A stretch of 64,000 bases of DNA from the NCBI GenBank assembly GCA_902787305.1, contig CADAFS010000002.1, positions 31,449-95,448 on the forward strand, in the 5' to 3' direction. Below are positions 8,793 to 18,799 of this stretch, piece after piece. Made by a program: the position numbers and the translations under genes. Source of the DNA: an uncultured Pseudomonadota bacterium (GTDB taxonomy: Bacteria > Pseudomonadota > Alphaproteobacteria > Rs-D84). The number at the start of each line of letters is the position of its first letter. Positions within the stretch are counted from its first letter, which is position 1. Below the pieces are notes generated by a model, which worked only from the letters and a program-made list of their open reading frames with translations, searched no databases and was not told where the DNA came from.

Positions 8793-11700
8793 TTGTTTTT
8801 AGGAAAGGAGATTTATATGCAAAACAAATTGGATTTATCTGTAAAGACAATAACCAAAAACAACATAAAATATAGTTGGGCATTTGTTTTGCTACTAATT
8901 CCTGTTACATCCTATGCTGATTTTAGTTTTAATAATTACCAATACACATTAAATTATTTACGGTCACAACATTTAACAAATGAATTCAGTCATTATACTA
9001 TCAATTTTTCCCCAACACAAAATGATGGGACAATAAATAGTTATGTATATCAAAATGGAACATTAACTCCAGTTAGTTATAATTATACCCTTACACCAAA
9101 TGCTGGGGACCATGGTGGTGGTGTCGTTCTTCATAATGGAGACGATTTAAACGTGTATTGGCACAATGAAACAAATTATAATCTTGTTGCTACTCCTGCA
9201 ACAATAAATACCATCGGAACAATATCTGGGGATTTTATAACTAATTCAGGGTCCGGACAAGCTGGGGGATTAACAAACAATGCTTTTACAATAAATAATT
9301 TATACGGTGATTTTATAGAAAACACTTCAACAACCAATGCTGGAGGCTTGCTTAATCTTGAGAACGGGCTTATTGGTAATATAGTGGGTAATTTTTTAAA
9401 CAATAATGGTATTGGATATGGGGGCGGTATCGACAATGAAGCCACTATTACAAATATAACATCAAATTTTGTTGGGAATATTGTCAATTATCCTGCTAGT
9501 GGTTCTGCCCTGGTTTTTGGGACAGCTATTGGCGGTGGAATTTATAATGCAGGGGCTATAACAGGTATATCGGGAGATTTTATTGATAATAGAGCGTATA
9601 ATTATTTTTCCGATTCCATAACCTCTTACTATTTTTACTCTTTTTCTGGTGGTGGAGCCTTATATAACGGAAAAAATTATTTACAGCCACAAAACAATGT
9701 TGAAACTAATATTATTGAGAACATACAGGGAAATTTTATCGGGAACTCTGCAGTTATTGAAAACATCTATAATCCTACAATAACCGATACTTTATTCTTC
9801 AGTGTTAATGGTGGTGCAATTTTCAATAACTATAATGGTCAAATACAAAACATAAATTCTGATTTTTATAACAATTTTGTGAATATAGATAATACAGGTT
9901 CTCTGTCTGGGATGGATACTATACAATTATGGTCAAGAGGCGGGGCTATTTATAATGAAGGTATAATCAACAATATTACTGGGAGTTTCATTAATAATAG
10001 CGCAACTATAAACAACAATAGTACTTTTAATACAGAAAACGTTCAATTATGGGCTTTTGGAGGCGCTATTTACAATGCTGGACAGCTTGGGTTGCAAGCC
10101 ACATCCAACGACATATTGTTTTCCGGCAACTCCGCAACTTTAGGCGGAGCTATTTATAACACATCCACTTTAACTATGAATATCGCAGAAAACCAACATA
10201 TAATTTTTGACACTGTCAGTGACGATATTTATAATAGCGGAACAATAACAGTATCAGGTGACGGAACTTTGTATTTACAATCTGTATCGGGCAATGGTGT
10301 TTTAAATCTTAATAATCATATTACTCATTTGGCAGACAATGCCGCATTTCAACAATATCTTCTTCAATTAGCGGAAGGGAGCATTTTATATGCTACCCCT
10401 AGTTCTCTTCTCTCTGACACAGGGGTATTAAATGATGGTACTTTATTTTTTTCAGACGGGGTATTATCCACGCACATAACCGGCTCTGGCAATATAATAA
10501 TAAACGGTGACGTGGTTAACGATTCCTACATAGGGAATCAAGTGATTATTAATTATGGTCACTCTTTAACAACTGCCGCTGGGTCGAATAGTTTGCATAA
10601 TGGCATTTTGAATAACGGGACATTATACTTAACAACTGGCTCATTAAGTACATGGACTGATATTACAGGCGATGGAACTATAATAACACTTGGTAATATT
10701 TCTGGTAACGCGGGTCAATTTGGGAACAATATTGTAAATGATTATACATTAACTTTAAACGGTGGAACATTAAATACAAGAATTAGCGGTGATGGAACGC
10801 TTGTTACCACAGGCAATGTAACAATTGATGTAACCGGTGCTTACTATGATACAGGGTATGTTAGTGTAGTAGAAAACAACATACAAAACAATGGGACATT
10901 AACACTTGTCGGTGGAGGTAGATTATGTACAAATATTTCCGGTGATGGTAATGTGGTGATTAATAATTCTTCGGGCTTTGTTGTTTCAGTAGCAGATGAC
11001 AATATTATAAGCGAATCCATAACAATTAATAATGAGGCAAATTTAAATGCATCCGCAAATAGTATTGGCGGAAATGTTATTAATAATGGTCAATTACATC
11101 TTTGGGGTGGGACTTTAACACATAATATTGCAGGAACAGGTTATACAGGCATACATGGTAACACCGAAACATCTGCAAATAATTTGTTAACAAACATTAG
11201 TTTAAGCGGTCTTACTGAATCCGAAGAAATATCACTAACTTTAACAGATGGCACATTACAACGAGTTATAAGCAATGGTAACAATGCAAATAATAATATC
11301 ATTATAGACGGTGATGTTTTATCATCTCCATCAAATCTATTAGTAAATGTTTCTGTAAATGATGGGGCTGTATTAACGTTAACCAATGGTACTTTATCTA
11401 AAAATATAACTGGTAATGGAACGTTATCGACAAGCGATTTAACAACAAGTGCGAATAATCTTGGAATTAACGTTAATAACATAGGCAATTTAACTCTTTC
11501 TGGTGGAACAATAACTCATAATATTACCGGTACAGGGCAAACCACAATCAATGGTGCTGTTACCAATAATGCGCTTATATCTCAAACAATGGTTGTTAAT
11601 TCTGGTAAATCTCTGACAACCGTCGCTGAGGGTATTGGCGGAAATATTTTAAATTCGGGGAATGTTACTTTAACTGGCGGGACCTTAAATAATAATATAT

Positions 11701-13598
11701 CTGGTGGCACAATAACAATAGATGGTAATGTTATTAACGATGGTAATTTGTACGGTTCTCTGGTTATAAATTCAAACAAAAGCCTAACAACTGATGCAGA
11801 TAATATATATTATTCCGGGTTACAAAATAACGGGGAATTGATTTTAACAGGTGGCACAATTTCCGGTGGTATAAATGGTTTATTCTACATATCGGGTAAT
11901 GTAACCAACAATGCTACACAAACTGGACAAATAAACATCTCTAACGGTGGTATGTTTACAACCGGTGGAAATTTATTATCAACAAATAATGCTATTATAA
12001 ATAATGGTACACTTAACATTACCAGTGGCAACCTGCAACAAAATGTTACTGGCGGAAACACCATAATTGCTCAAAACGCAACAACCAGCGCAACCAGTTT
12101 TGGCAATCTGGAATTAAACGGCATTATGAATGTCGGAACCAATACTGTTAATACGGCAAATGCAGATATTAATGGCACTATAAACCTTGGTATATCATCA
12201 TTAAACAAAAATTCCAGTACATATACCGGTGGGCACATTATAGCAGATGACATTGTGTTTGGCGATAATGCCATGCTTAATTTGACCATTACGGACACAA
12301 ACCTGCAAAAGGGTGGTTCCAGTGGTGATATAGAAATAATTACCGCAAATGGTGAATGGACGGGTGATATCGCTACATTTACCAGTAATAATTTGTATGA
12401 TATAGCATATAATACCGAAAATCACACATTTACGTTTACACGTAAAAAATTCGGTGCAGATTTAATAACAGAATTGAACGGGACTGAATTAGATATCAAT
12501 ATCGCCGGGGTTTGGGATGAACTGCAATCATCAGATAATCCAAATATACAAACCATAATAAATGCTATTGACTATAATTCCCAACATAACGCGACCAAAT
12601 ATGCTAAATTAATCCATAATTTGGCGCCACAAAACCATCAGGTTACGGTTGGGGCGGTACGTAACGCCAACACAGTTATAGATAATCATATATTCACTAG
12701 GTTGGCAACACTTAGACGCCCACAAATTAATAGAACCAACGCTAATCTAAGAAAAAGACGCGCAAATCCTTTCTATTATTATGGAAATTATCGTGGCAGA
12801 AACGGTGGTGATACAGAACCGACAACTAACAATGGTATGTGGATAGAAGGACTTTATAATTACGCACAACAAAAAGATGACACAAAGTTTTCTGGCAAAA
12901 CGTTTGGTGTTATGGGCGGTTTTGATTCTAAATTAACGGAACATTTGACCGCTGGTTTAGGGTATGCATTTAACAAAACAAACATTGACGCCGATAATCA
13001 CGATATTGACGCCATGGGGCATACGGGTTTTGTATATGCCGAATATAAACCAACACAATGGTATCTGGACGCTTTGTTGTCATATAACCTGACAAATTAT
13101 CAAAATTCAGCCGCACTTATCGACAATTTGACCGTAAAATCTGATTATAAAACCAACAGTTTGAGTGGCGCCTTGACGTCGGGTTACGATTTTCAAAAAG
13201 GTTTGGATTTATACGGTGGTCTGAATTATATCGGAATTAAACAGGACGCTTACACAGATACCGCCGGTCAATATATCAAAGCCGATGACACACAAATGTT
13301 GACCCTAAAAGCCGGTGGAAGATATAAATTAACAAGTCAAAAAATGAAAAGAGCTAGCACCGTTTTGAAAGCTGCGGTTTTGTACGATGTTATGTCTGAT
13401 GATGGGGTTGCAACGGTAACAGTAGGCAATAATAATTACATTGTTCATGGTAATGGTATTGACCCGTTCGGTGTTCAGGCAGGTATTATGTTTGATTCAT
13501 TTGGTGGCAATACTTATTTATCGCTAGGTTATGACCTTGAATGGCGTAATAATTTCATTAGTCATACAGGTTATATAAAATTGAAATACAATTTCTAA
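8793..13598 (+). CDS. Giant autotransporter / polymorphic-membrane-protein (Pmp)-like adhesin, 1601 aa
   Basis: N-terminal signal peptide (alternative start ATG 8817 MQNKLDL...). Passenger packed with GGA[I/L] tetrapeptides (GGAIYN x>=6) and FxxN repeats (GDFITN, GNFLNN, GDFIDN...), the Pmp hallmark. Many (N)ITG(G)/GTL beta-helix-like repeats. C-terminal ~300 aa beta-barrel translocator ending ...LKYNF (terminal Phe). Strongly AT-rich Asn/Thr/Gly codon usage. Confidence 0.75.
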   Translation: MFLGKEIYMQNKLDLSVKTITKNNIKYSWAFVLLLIPVTSYADFSFNNYQYTLNYLRSQHLTNEFSHYTINFSPTQNDGTINSYVYQNGTLTPVSYNYTLTPNAGDHGGGVVLHNGDDLNVYWHNETNYNLVATPATINTIGTISGDFITNSGSGQAGGLTNNAFTINNLYGDFIENTSTTNAGGLLNLENGLIGNIVGNFLNNNGIGYGGGIDNEATITNITSNFVGNIVNYPASGSALVFGTAIGGGIYNAGAITGISGDFIDNRAYNYFSDSITSYYFYSFSGGGALYNGKNYLQPQNNVETNIIENIQGNFIGNSAVIENIYNPTITDTLFFSVNGGAIFNNYNGQIQNINSDFYNNFVNIDNTGSLSGMDTIQLWSRGGAIYNEGIINNITGSFINNSATINNNSTFNTENVQLWAFGGAIYNAGQLGLQATSNDILFSGNSATLGGAIYNTSTLTMNIAENQHIIFDTVSDDIYNSGTITVSGDGTLYLQSVSGNGVLNLNNHITHLADNAAFQQYLLQLAEGSILYATPSSLLSDTGVLNDGTLFFSDGVLSTHITGSGNIIINGDVVNDSYIGNQVIINYGHSLTTAAGSNSLHNGILNNGTLYLTTGSLSTWTDITGDGTIITLGNISGNAGQFGNNIVNDYTLTLNGGTLNTRISGDGTLVTTGNVTIDVTGAYYDTGYVSVVENNIQNNGTLTLVGGGRLCTNISGDGNVVINNSSGFVVSVADDNIISESITINNEANLNASANSIGGNVINNGQLHLWGGTLTHNIAGTGYTGIHGNTETSANNLLTNISLSGLTESEEISLTLTDGTLQRVISNGNNANNNIIIDGDVLSSPSNLLVNVSVNDGAVLTLTNGTLSKNITGNGTLSTSDLTTSANNLGINVNNIGNLTLSGGTITHNITGTGQTTINGAVTNNALISQTMVVNSGKSLTTVAEGIGGNILNSGNVTLTGGTLNNNISGGTITIDGNVINDGNLYGSLVINSNKSLTTDADNIYYSGLQNNGELILTGGTISGGINGLFYISGNVTNNATQTGQINISNGGMFTTGGNLLSTNNAIINNGTLNITSGNLQQNVTGGNTIIAQNATTSATSFGNLELNGIMNVGTNTVNTANADINGTINLGISSLNKNSSTYTGGHIIADDIVFGDNAMLNLTITDTNLQKGGSSGDIEIITANGEWTGDIATFTSNNLYDIAYNTENHTFTFTRKKFGADLITELNGTELDINIAGVWDELQSSDNPNIQTIINAIDYNSQHNATKYAKLIHNLAPQNHQVTVGAVRNANTVIDNHIFTRLATLRRPQINRTNANLRKRRANPFYYYGNYRGRNGGDTEPTTNNGMWIEGLYNYAQQKDDTKFSGKTFGVMGGFDSKLTEHLTAGLGYAFNKTNIDADNHDIDAMGHTGFVYAEYKPTQWYLDALLSYNLTNYQNSAALIDNLTVKSDYKTNSLSGALTSGYDFQKGLDLYGGLNYIGIKQDAYTDTAGQYIKADDTQMLTLKAGGRYKLTSQKMKRASTVLKAAVLYDVMSDDGVATVTVGNNNYIVHGNGIDPFGVQAGIMFDSFGGNTYLSLGYDLEWRNNFISHTGYIKLKYNF

Positions 13599-14007
13599 AA
13601 TCGGAATTAATAGTAAACACGAGCTTTTTGAATGCCCTAAAACAACGCTTAGAAGGAAGATAATGGGTCGTTAATCGATTGTTCTTTCTTATGAGTATGG
13701 TGTGAATTTGGAGCGATATGGAATGTTTTATGGGACTTCCCAACATTGGTGCAGATAAGTATCATCATTTTTGCATAAAAAGCATAAACTATAAAATTTA
13801 TATAGTTTATTATTAACTATACCGATTAAACCGTAAATACGACCTTATTTTGCTCCGAAGGGTTAAAAATGCTCAAAAAAAGCCATTTTTTCAAGAAAAT
13901 CTGGCGTTTTTTGTAAAATTCTGGCGTACATTTAGTTTTCAACAGTTTATAATAATATCAGATTTAATAAAAGCGTTAAATCATAACTAAAAACAAAAGG
14001 ATATAAA

Positions 14008-14301
14008 ATGAAACAACAGTCTAATCTTTTGAAACAATTCCAGGTATGGATGGAACAAAAGGGTTATAAAAAAACAACACAATCGAATTTGCCAAGCACT
14101 ATTGCAACATATACGGCGTCTTTCCTTCAAATTTGCGAGTGGGAATCTAAAACACCGGAACAAGTTGCAGAATCTATTTCTGACATAGTGCTTGATTACA
14201 CGATAAAAACTCATTCTGCTAGAGGAAGAATGCGCAGTAGGTCCATCCGGGCAAGTGCGGTCGCCTTCAAAAACTTTTTAATCGAATCACAGGTTGCGTG
14301 A
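14008..14301 (+). CDS. Hypothetical small protein (weak resemblance to phage-integrase N-terminal SAM-like/core-binding domain)
   Basis: 97 aa. RBS aaggat 7 nt upstream. Overlaps next ORF by 4 nt (ATGA). Confidence 0.35.
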   Translation: MKQQSNLLKQFQVWMEQKGYKKTTQSNLPSTIATYTASFLQICEWESKTPEQVAESISDIVLDYTIKTHSARGRMRSRSIRASAVAFKNFLIESQVA

Positions 14302-14627
14302 TGAATAAGATTGCCGAATTAAATGATAACCTTAGAAAACATATGTGGTCCCCTGGTCGTAATAAAATCGTTTTGACCAGGGGTGTATGTTCTTTGCCGT
14401 TGATTGAACAAATGTTGTTATTGAAAAAGGTCAGAAATTTTAATGACTTTAATAAAGCAAACGATGTTTATAAACACCATGACTTTGGAAAAATTGAACA
14501 CAATGGGACAAACTATTTTTTCAAGATAGATTATTATGACCCATCGATGGAATATGGTTCAGAAAACCCAGCAAACGAAAATATAACAATCCGGGTTTTA
14601 ACGATAATGCGTGCAGACGAATATTAA
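14298..14627 (+). CDS. DUF3768-like protein (family typical of plasmids/ICEs)
   Basis: 109 aa. Motifs HHDFGKIEH, FFKIDYYD, TIRVLTIMRADEY recalled as the DUF3768 signature. Family call from memory, unverified. Confidence 0.4.
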   Translation: MMNKIAELNDNLRKHMWSPGRNKIVLTRGVCSLPLIEQMLLLKKVRNFNDFNKANDVYKHHDFGKIEHNGTNYFFKIDYYDPSMEYGSENPANENITIRVLTIMRADEY

Positions 14628-14640
14628 AAAAGGACTTGAT

Positions 14641-14784
14641 ATGGCGAATTGCACTTATTTTAAACTTGAAGTTAACGGTATGATATTGCCGGAAATATAT
14701 TTCAACTATGACCAAGCAAAAACCGCATTACAGAATATAGAAAAAACTAATGTTGCTGTAATCGGTAGAGTTATTATGTTTTAA
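14641..14784 (+). CDS. Small ORF (47 aa) MANCTYFKLEVNGMILPEIYF..., hypothetical
   Basis: Immediately downstream of the DUF3768-like ORF. Followed by a clear terminator hairpin. Confidence 0.25.
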   Translation: MANCTYFKLEVNGMILPEIYFNYDQAKTALQNIEKTNVAVIGRVIMF

Positions 14785-14805
14785 CCGTTGATATCAAAAC
14801 AATAA

Positions 14806-14842
14806 AACCTGTATACGCTGGAAAGTATACAGGTTGTTTTTT
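14806..14842 (+). terminator. Rho-independent terminator (aacctgtatac-gctggaaa-gtatacaggtt + T6)
   Basis: 11-bp perfect stem, T-run. Ends the 14008-14784 small-gene operon. Confidence 0.7.
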
Positions 14843-14878
14843 ACATTTGTTCCATATTTGAGTCGTGGCTGCCCCAAT

Positions 14879-15517
14879 CTAGAAATGCTTAATACTTAGT
14901 ATCCGATGACTCAAAGGAGCAACCACAAAGGGTTTGTGTGATGATTTGGAATGTTTTGTATCGTCTGGAAACATCTCGGTTGATAAAAATACTCGATTAT
15001 CGTCAAAATAGGCGTCTTTATTGGCTTTGATTTCCTTTGTTGCATAAAAATACGCTTTGCATTCGGTTCTGTTCATTGTTTGAATATCAACCACATCCGG
15101 AGAATAACAAAAATGTTTTATAGTTTTATCTATCGCCGCGGTTATTTTATAATTGTGGTATCGGTTATTCTGTAAAAACATATGAAAATGCCACTTGTTG
15201 GATGAATTCTGTTCACCGAAACCGATAAATAATAACTGTTTACGAAACCAGTGTCTTGGACTTAATTGCTTTTGAAAATACTTCATAACCCGTCGTAAAT
15301 AACTTCGGGATATTTCCATACTTTTACTACGCTGATTTGTTGGAAATTGGATTGAAATAAAGTGCGTCGGAGCAAATTCACACAACCATTTGCAAATTTC
15401 CCGTCTTAAAATCAATGTTTGTTTTGCATTTTTACGAATTATACAATCAATTCTGTATACATCCACCATATCATTATTTGTAGTTAACATTTTTACCACC
15501 ATTGTTGTTGCAACCAC
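14879..15517 (-). CDS. Hypothetical protein with HUH-endonuclease-like motifs (possible rolling-circle Rep/relaxase-like initiator)
   Basis: Contains HFISIQF (motif-1-like), WHFHMFL (HUH-like H-F-H), and AYFYATKEIK (YxxK motif-3-like) in the canonical order. Start uncertain (several in-frame Met). Not verifiable without search. Confidence 0.3.
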   Translation of the reverse strand: MVATTMVVKMLTTNNDMVDVYRIDCIIRKNAKQTLILRREICKWLCEFAPTHFISIQFPTNQRSKSMEISRSYLRRVMKYFQKQLSPRHWFRKQLLFIGFGEQNSSNKWHFHMFLQNNRYHNYKITAAIDKTIKHFCYSPDVVDIQTMNRTECKAYFYATKEIKANKDAYFDDNRVFLSTEMFPDDTKHSKSSHKPFVVAPLSHRILSIKHF

Positions 15518-15889
15518 AGATGCAAATCAAATCACGATAGGTTGTGGTGGTGTGGTGGTAATGATTCTTTCTGCATCTATGGTTATTAACATAAATTAGA
15601 ACATCTGTTTTATTGTTTTTGCGTTGTGGTTGTATTTTCTTGAAAAAGAGTAAAAAAATTAAACAACACGATTGTTTTTTCGGCTGTTAATTTTTTTAAC
15701 CAACATATATCAACCGCATTGCGTCTATGTTTATCGTCGAATACCACATCGAAAGTCCACAAGCGATACAATATACACATTTTTATAGAACAGTTTTTTG
15801 TGGTGGTTGCATGGACGGAATTATTTTTTTGATAAAAATCCCGGTGTTTTAAACCGGGATTGATGGTTGCACCATATGGCGCTTTATTA

Positions 15890-16078
15890 TTATTTTGGTT
15901 TAGCGATACGCATAAAATCGCAAGTTGATATCAACATACACCTGTTTAATCGTGCAAAATCCGGACCTTCCGTTTTCAAATTTTTATAAATTTGTTTAAC
16001 GGAAAATCTTTTGTCTGGGAATAATTCTTGTAATCTTTCCTTGGCAAATTTTGCTTCAATTTTTAACCTGTTATTCAT
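15890..16078 (-). CDS. Small protein (62 aa), last gene of 3-gene MTase operon; possible DNA-binding/regulatory protein
   Basis: Start overlaps stop of upstream MTase by 8 nt. Basic, helix-rich sequence. Confidence 0.3.
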   Translation of the reverse strand: MNNRLKIEAKFAKERLQELFPDKRFSVKQIYKNLKTEGPDFARLNRCMLISTCDFMRIAKPK

Positions 16079-17294
16079 GATTTTCTCCTTCGGTTTTTGT
16101 ATTAGGGTTAAATTCTGCTTTTACAAATTCGGCAACAACGGCACAGCAGTGTGCACTAACCCAGCATTCCCCCAAAACAGTGCGGAGCAACTTGGTTTTC
16201 TGTCGTGCCCAATATGGAATTTCGATATCATCGGGTAATCCGATTGCACGAAAAATTTCATGTATTGTGAATGTACGGCAATCTGTAAATTGTTCGTTTC
16301 CGTCCTTATCCAAAATTGGTTTACCGTTATCATCAACAATTAATCGACCTGGATGAATCATATGATATGCGGATAGTTCACCACTATTCGTCAAAATCGA
16401 ATGCATTGGTTCATTCCACCTCGCGCGGCTGAAAGCACCAGCGTGTTTAGCACCACTTACTTTTTTAGATAATGTTAGTGGGGAAACAACCCGTTCACCA
16501 GTTGGTGTTATTCGTATTTGGTCTGCTTGCCAAGGTGCGACATACCCAGGTTCATCGTACCAATCTGGTCCACGTTGCCCGAATTCCAGTGTTGGTAAAT
16601 CGTCAATTGCATCTTCCAATGTTAATGGGATTTCTGTGATTGGTTCTGGTAATTTTATTGGTTTAACCTTTGACGCCATAATAATTGTTCGTGGCCGATT
16701 AATTGCTACCCCGAAATGTTTTGCATTTTGAACGGCTTTACAAACATATTGAAAACCAAGATTTCTTAATTCTTTTTCTATTTGGTCGCCAAGCAGAAGT
16801 TCATATTTCTTCGTTTTAAAAGTTAACATATCTTCCGCATTTTCTATGGCGCAGAATTCATATGATGGACAGCGTTTTAAATGTTCCATAACCGCTTCGA
16901 ATAGATATTGTTCATCACTATCTTCATCCTTCCTTGTGTTTGCCCGAGTTATTTGCTGACAGCATGGACTTGCCAGAAGTATTTGCGGTTGTTCTTTATT
17001 TGCAATTTCAGCCAATTTATCTTGCACTTTCGGGTTGGTTATATCACCAATTACCATCGTTGAATTTTTAAAAAGTGCATGATTTAGTTTAGCGCGGTCT
17101 GGTACCAACTCGTTCGTCAAAACAACATCTACCCCTATGTTTTGAAGGTAATACTGGTTTATTCCAGCACACGCAAATAGATTGGTCGCCTTCAAACGAT
17201 GGGGCGTGTCTATTTTGATTTGTTGGGGTTGAACGTGCGACTTGATTTTGTCGCATGTTGTTTTTATTAATAAATCACTGTTATTTCGTGCCAT
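16071..17294 (-). CDS. Second DNA (cytosine-5)-methyltransferase
   Basis: Motif I LFACAGI, motif IV ASPCCQQ (PC), motif VIII QNAKHFGVAINRPRTIIMA, motif IX RTFTIHEIFRAIGLPDD, C-terminal GECWV. Variable TRD between VIII and IX. 14-nt overlap with upstream ORF. Confidence 0.75.
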   Translation of the reverse strand: MARNNSDLLIKTTCDKIKSHVQPQQIKIDTPHRLKATNLFACAGINQYYLQNIGVDVVLTNELVPDRAKLNHALFKNSTMVIGDITNPKVQDKLAEIANKEQPQILLASPCCQQITRANTRKDEDSDEQYLFEAVMEHLKRCPSYEFCAIENAEDMLTFKTKKYELLLGDQIEKELRNLGFQYVCKAVQNAKHFGVAINRPRTIIMASKVKPIKLPEPITEIPLTLEDAIDDLPTLEFGQRGPDWYDEPGYVAPWQADQIRITPTGERVVSPLTLSKKVSGAKHAGAFSRARWNEPMHSILTNSGELSAYHMIHPGRLIVDDNGKPILDKDGNEQFTDCRTFTIHEIFRAIGLPDDIEIPYWARQKTKLLRTVLGECWVSAHCCAVVAEFVKAEFNPNTKTEGENHE

Positions 17295-18414
17295 TGTAAT
17301 CTCCTTTGGCTTCGCTGATTAAATAATTTTGTTTTAGGTATTTGAAACTTTCGTCGTGAATTTCCAAGACCGGAAAAGTCGGATACATTTGTTGGATGAT
17401 TTCCGCATAATATAATGGGTGTTTATCCGTTTTTGTGATTTCTCGGTCAAATACAACGGAATCCATTTTTAGGTTCTGCGGCTTCGGGGCGTCTCCCTTA
17501 CACACTATCACCATTGTTCGATGTTGACGGGTTGTAAAAGCCCCGTTGTGTGATTTACCGGTATCCACAACCGCAAATTCTTTTACCGTAAATCGTAAAT
17601 TTTTCAGAATATCCAATGATTTTTGAATTTGTGATTCATCCAGCCAGAAAAATCCAACGGCATCTTCCGCAATATGATTTCGCATAATTTCAACATTGAT
17701 TTTATACACCAAATCACCATAAATTACCGGAAATTTTGCATTTTCTGGTAAATCAAACATAGGGGCATCACCGGCTTCAAGAACCGTGAATGTTTTGTTT
17801 TCCGATTTTTCATCCGTATGAATTTTTTGATTAAGTTGGTACAAAGTCGGCAAATCTTCAACATCCCAATCGCCACTTTTTAACTTTTTTAACGACTCTT
17901 GGGTGGCGCGTTCGACCATGTCAAAGGTTATATCTTTTCTTATTGTCCATTTTTTTCGCGACAATTTATATTCGTCCCATGCCATTTTATAACTTGGAAA
18001 TCGCCCAGATTTGATATCCCGTTTAATATGCTCTACCTTTTGGACTTCTCGATAAAGCAACCACGAATTCAAATAAATCGCTGTTTCGCATACACCAGTA
18101 TGATTTTCTAATTCATCCGGCGAATTTGCATGTTTGAGTGCACCCTTGGCATCGGATAATAACTTTTCGGCATCTTTTTCATATTCCGCCAATTCTGCTT
18201 CCGTTAAAACTCGAACATCTGGTAATAATGTACAACCAGACACCATTACCGCCGTATTAATCGGATTTGATTCGGTCGTTTCAACGGGTTGAGTTAATTC
18301 TTGCTGTTCTGTTTGTTCGGATAAATCTGCCACCATATCGATTTCTAGACCAATCCTAGACGCATTTAATTCGGCCGCGTTTAAACCATTATTTAAAGAA
18401 TTCATAACTAGCAT
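17281..18414 (-). CDS. Hypothetical 377-aa protein, first gene of MTase operon (candidate cognate restriction endonuclease or other defence partner)
   Basis: No recognisable motifs by eye. Translationally coupled to the C5-MTase. Acidic N-terminus. Probable true start at second ATG (18405) with AAGGA RBS. Confidence 0.4.
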   Translation of the reverse strand: MLVMNSLNNGLNAAELNASRIGLEIDMVADLSEQTEQQELTQPVETTESNPINTAVMVSGCTLLPDVRVLTEAELAEYEKDAEKLLSDAKGALKHANSPDELENHTGVCETAIYLNSWLLYREVQKVEHIKRDIKSGRFPSYKMAWDEYKLSRKKWTIRKDITFDMVERATQESLKKLKSGDWDVEDLPTLYQLNQKIHTDEKSENKTFTVLEAGDAPMFDLPENAKFPVIYGDLVYKINVEIMRNHIAEDAVGFFWLDESQIQKSLDILKNLRFTVKEFAVVDTGKSHNGAFTTRQHRTMVIVCKGDAPKPQNLKMDSVVFDREITKTDKHPLYYAEIIQQMYPTFPVLEIHDESFKYLKQNYLISEAKGDYNGTK

Positions 18415-18799
18415 TCCTTAATTTTTGACAATAAAAGCACCCTTTGCGAAATCGCATTATCGGTTCTGCTCCGGGAAACTTTAGGTTAAAATTTGGATGA
18501 AAAACTTTTCGGTTTACATCCGCTTAAACTTGGTCTAGAATGTTCATTGCATATGAGTCGTTCTAGACCATTAGTTCGATTCTTTAATTTGGGGTTAACG
18601 GTTTCATATCGTTGCTCCATTTTTTTATTTGTTAATTTTTTTTACACAACAATGATTAAATAAACCGCAGAAATTCGCCAGAAATTTATTTTCATTTTTT
18701 GCAAATAAATTTTGGAAAAAATTTTGAAAAAAACAGTTTGTATCAAATTAAAAATTAAAATCCTTGATTTTGGGGCTTTTTTAATTACGATATGTAGCA

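Noticed and set aside
18430-18620. Possible tRNA/ncRNA in island (ttcggttctgctccgg... region)
   Set aside because: No cloverleaf could be built: no acceptor/T-arm complementarity or GTTCGAATC-type T-loop. More likely the promoter/leader of the MTase operon.
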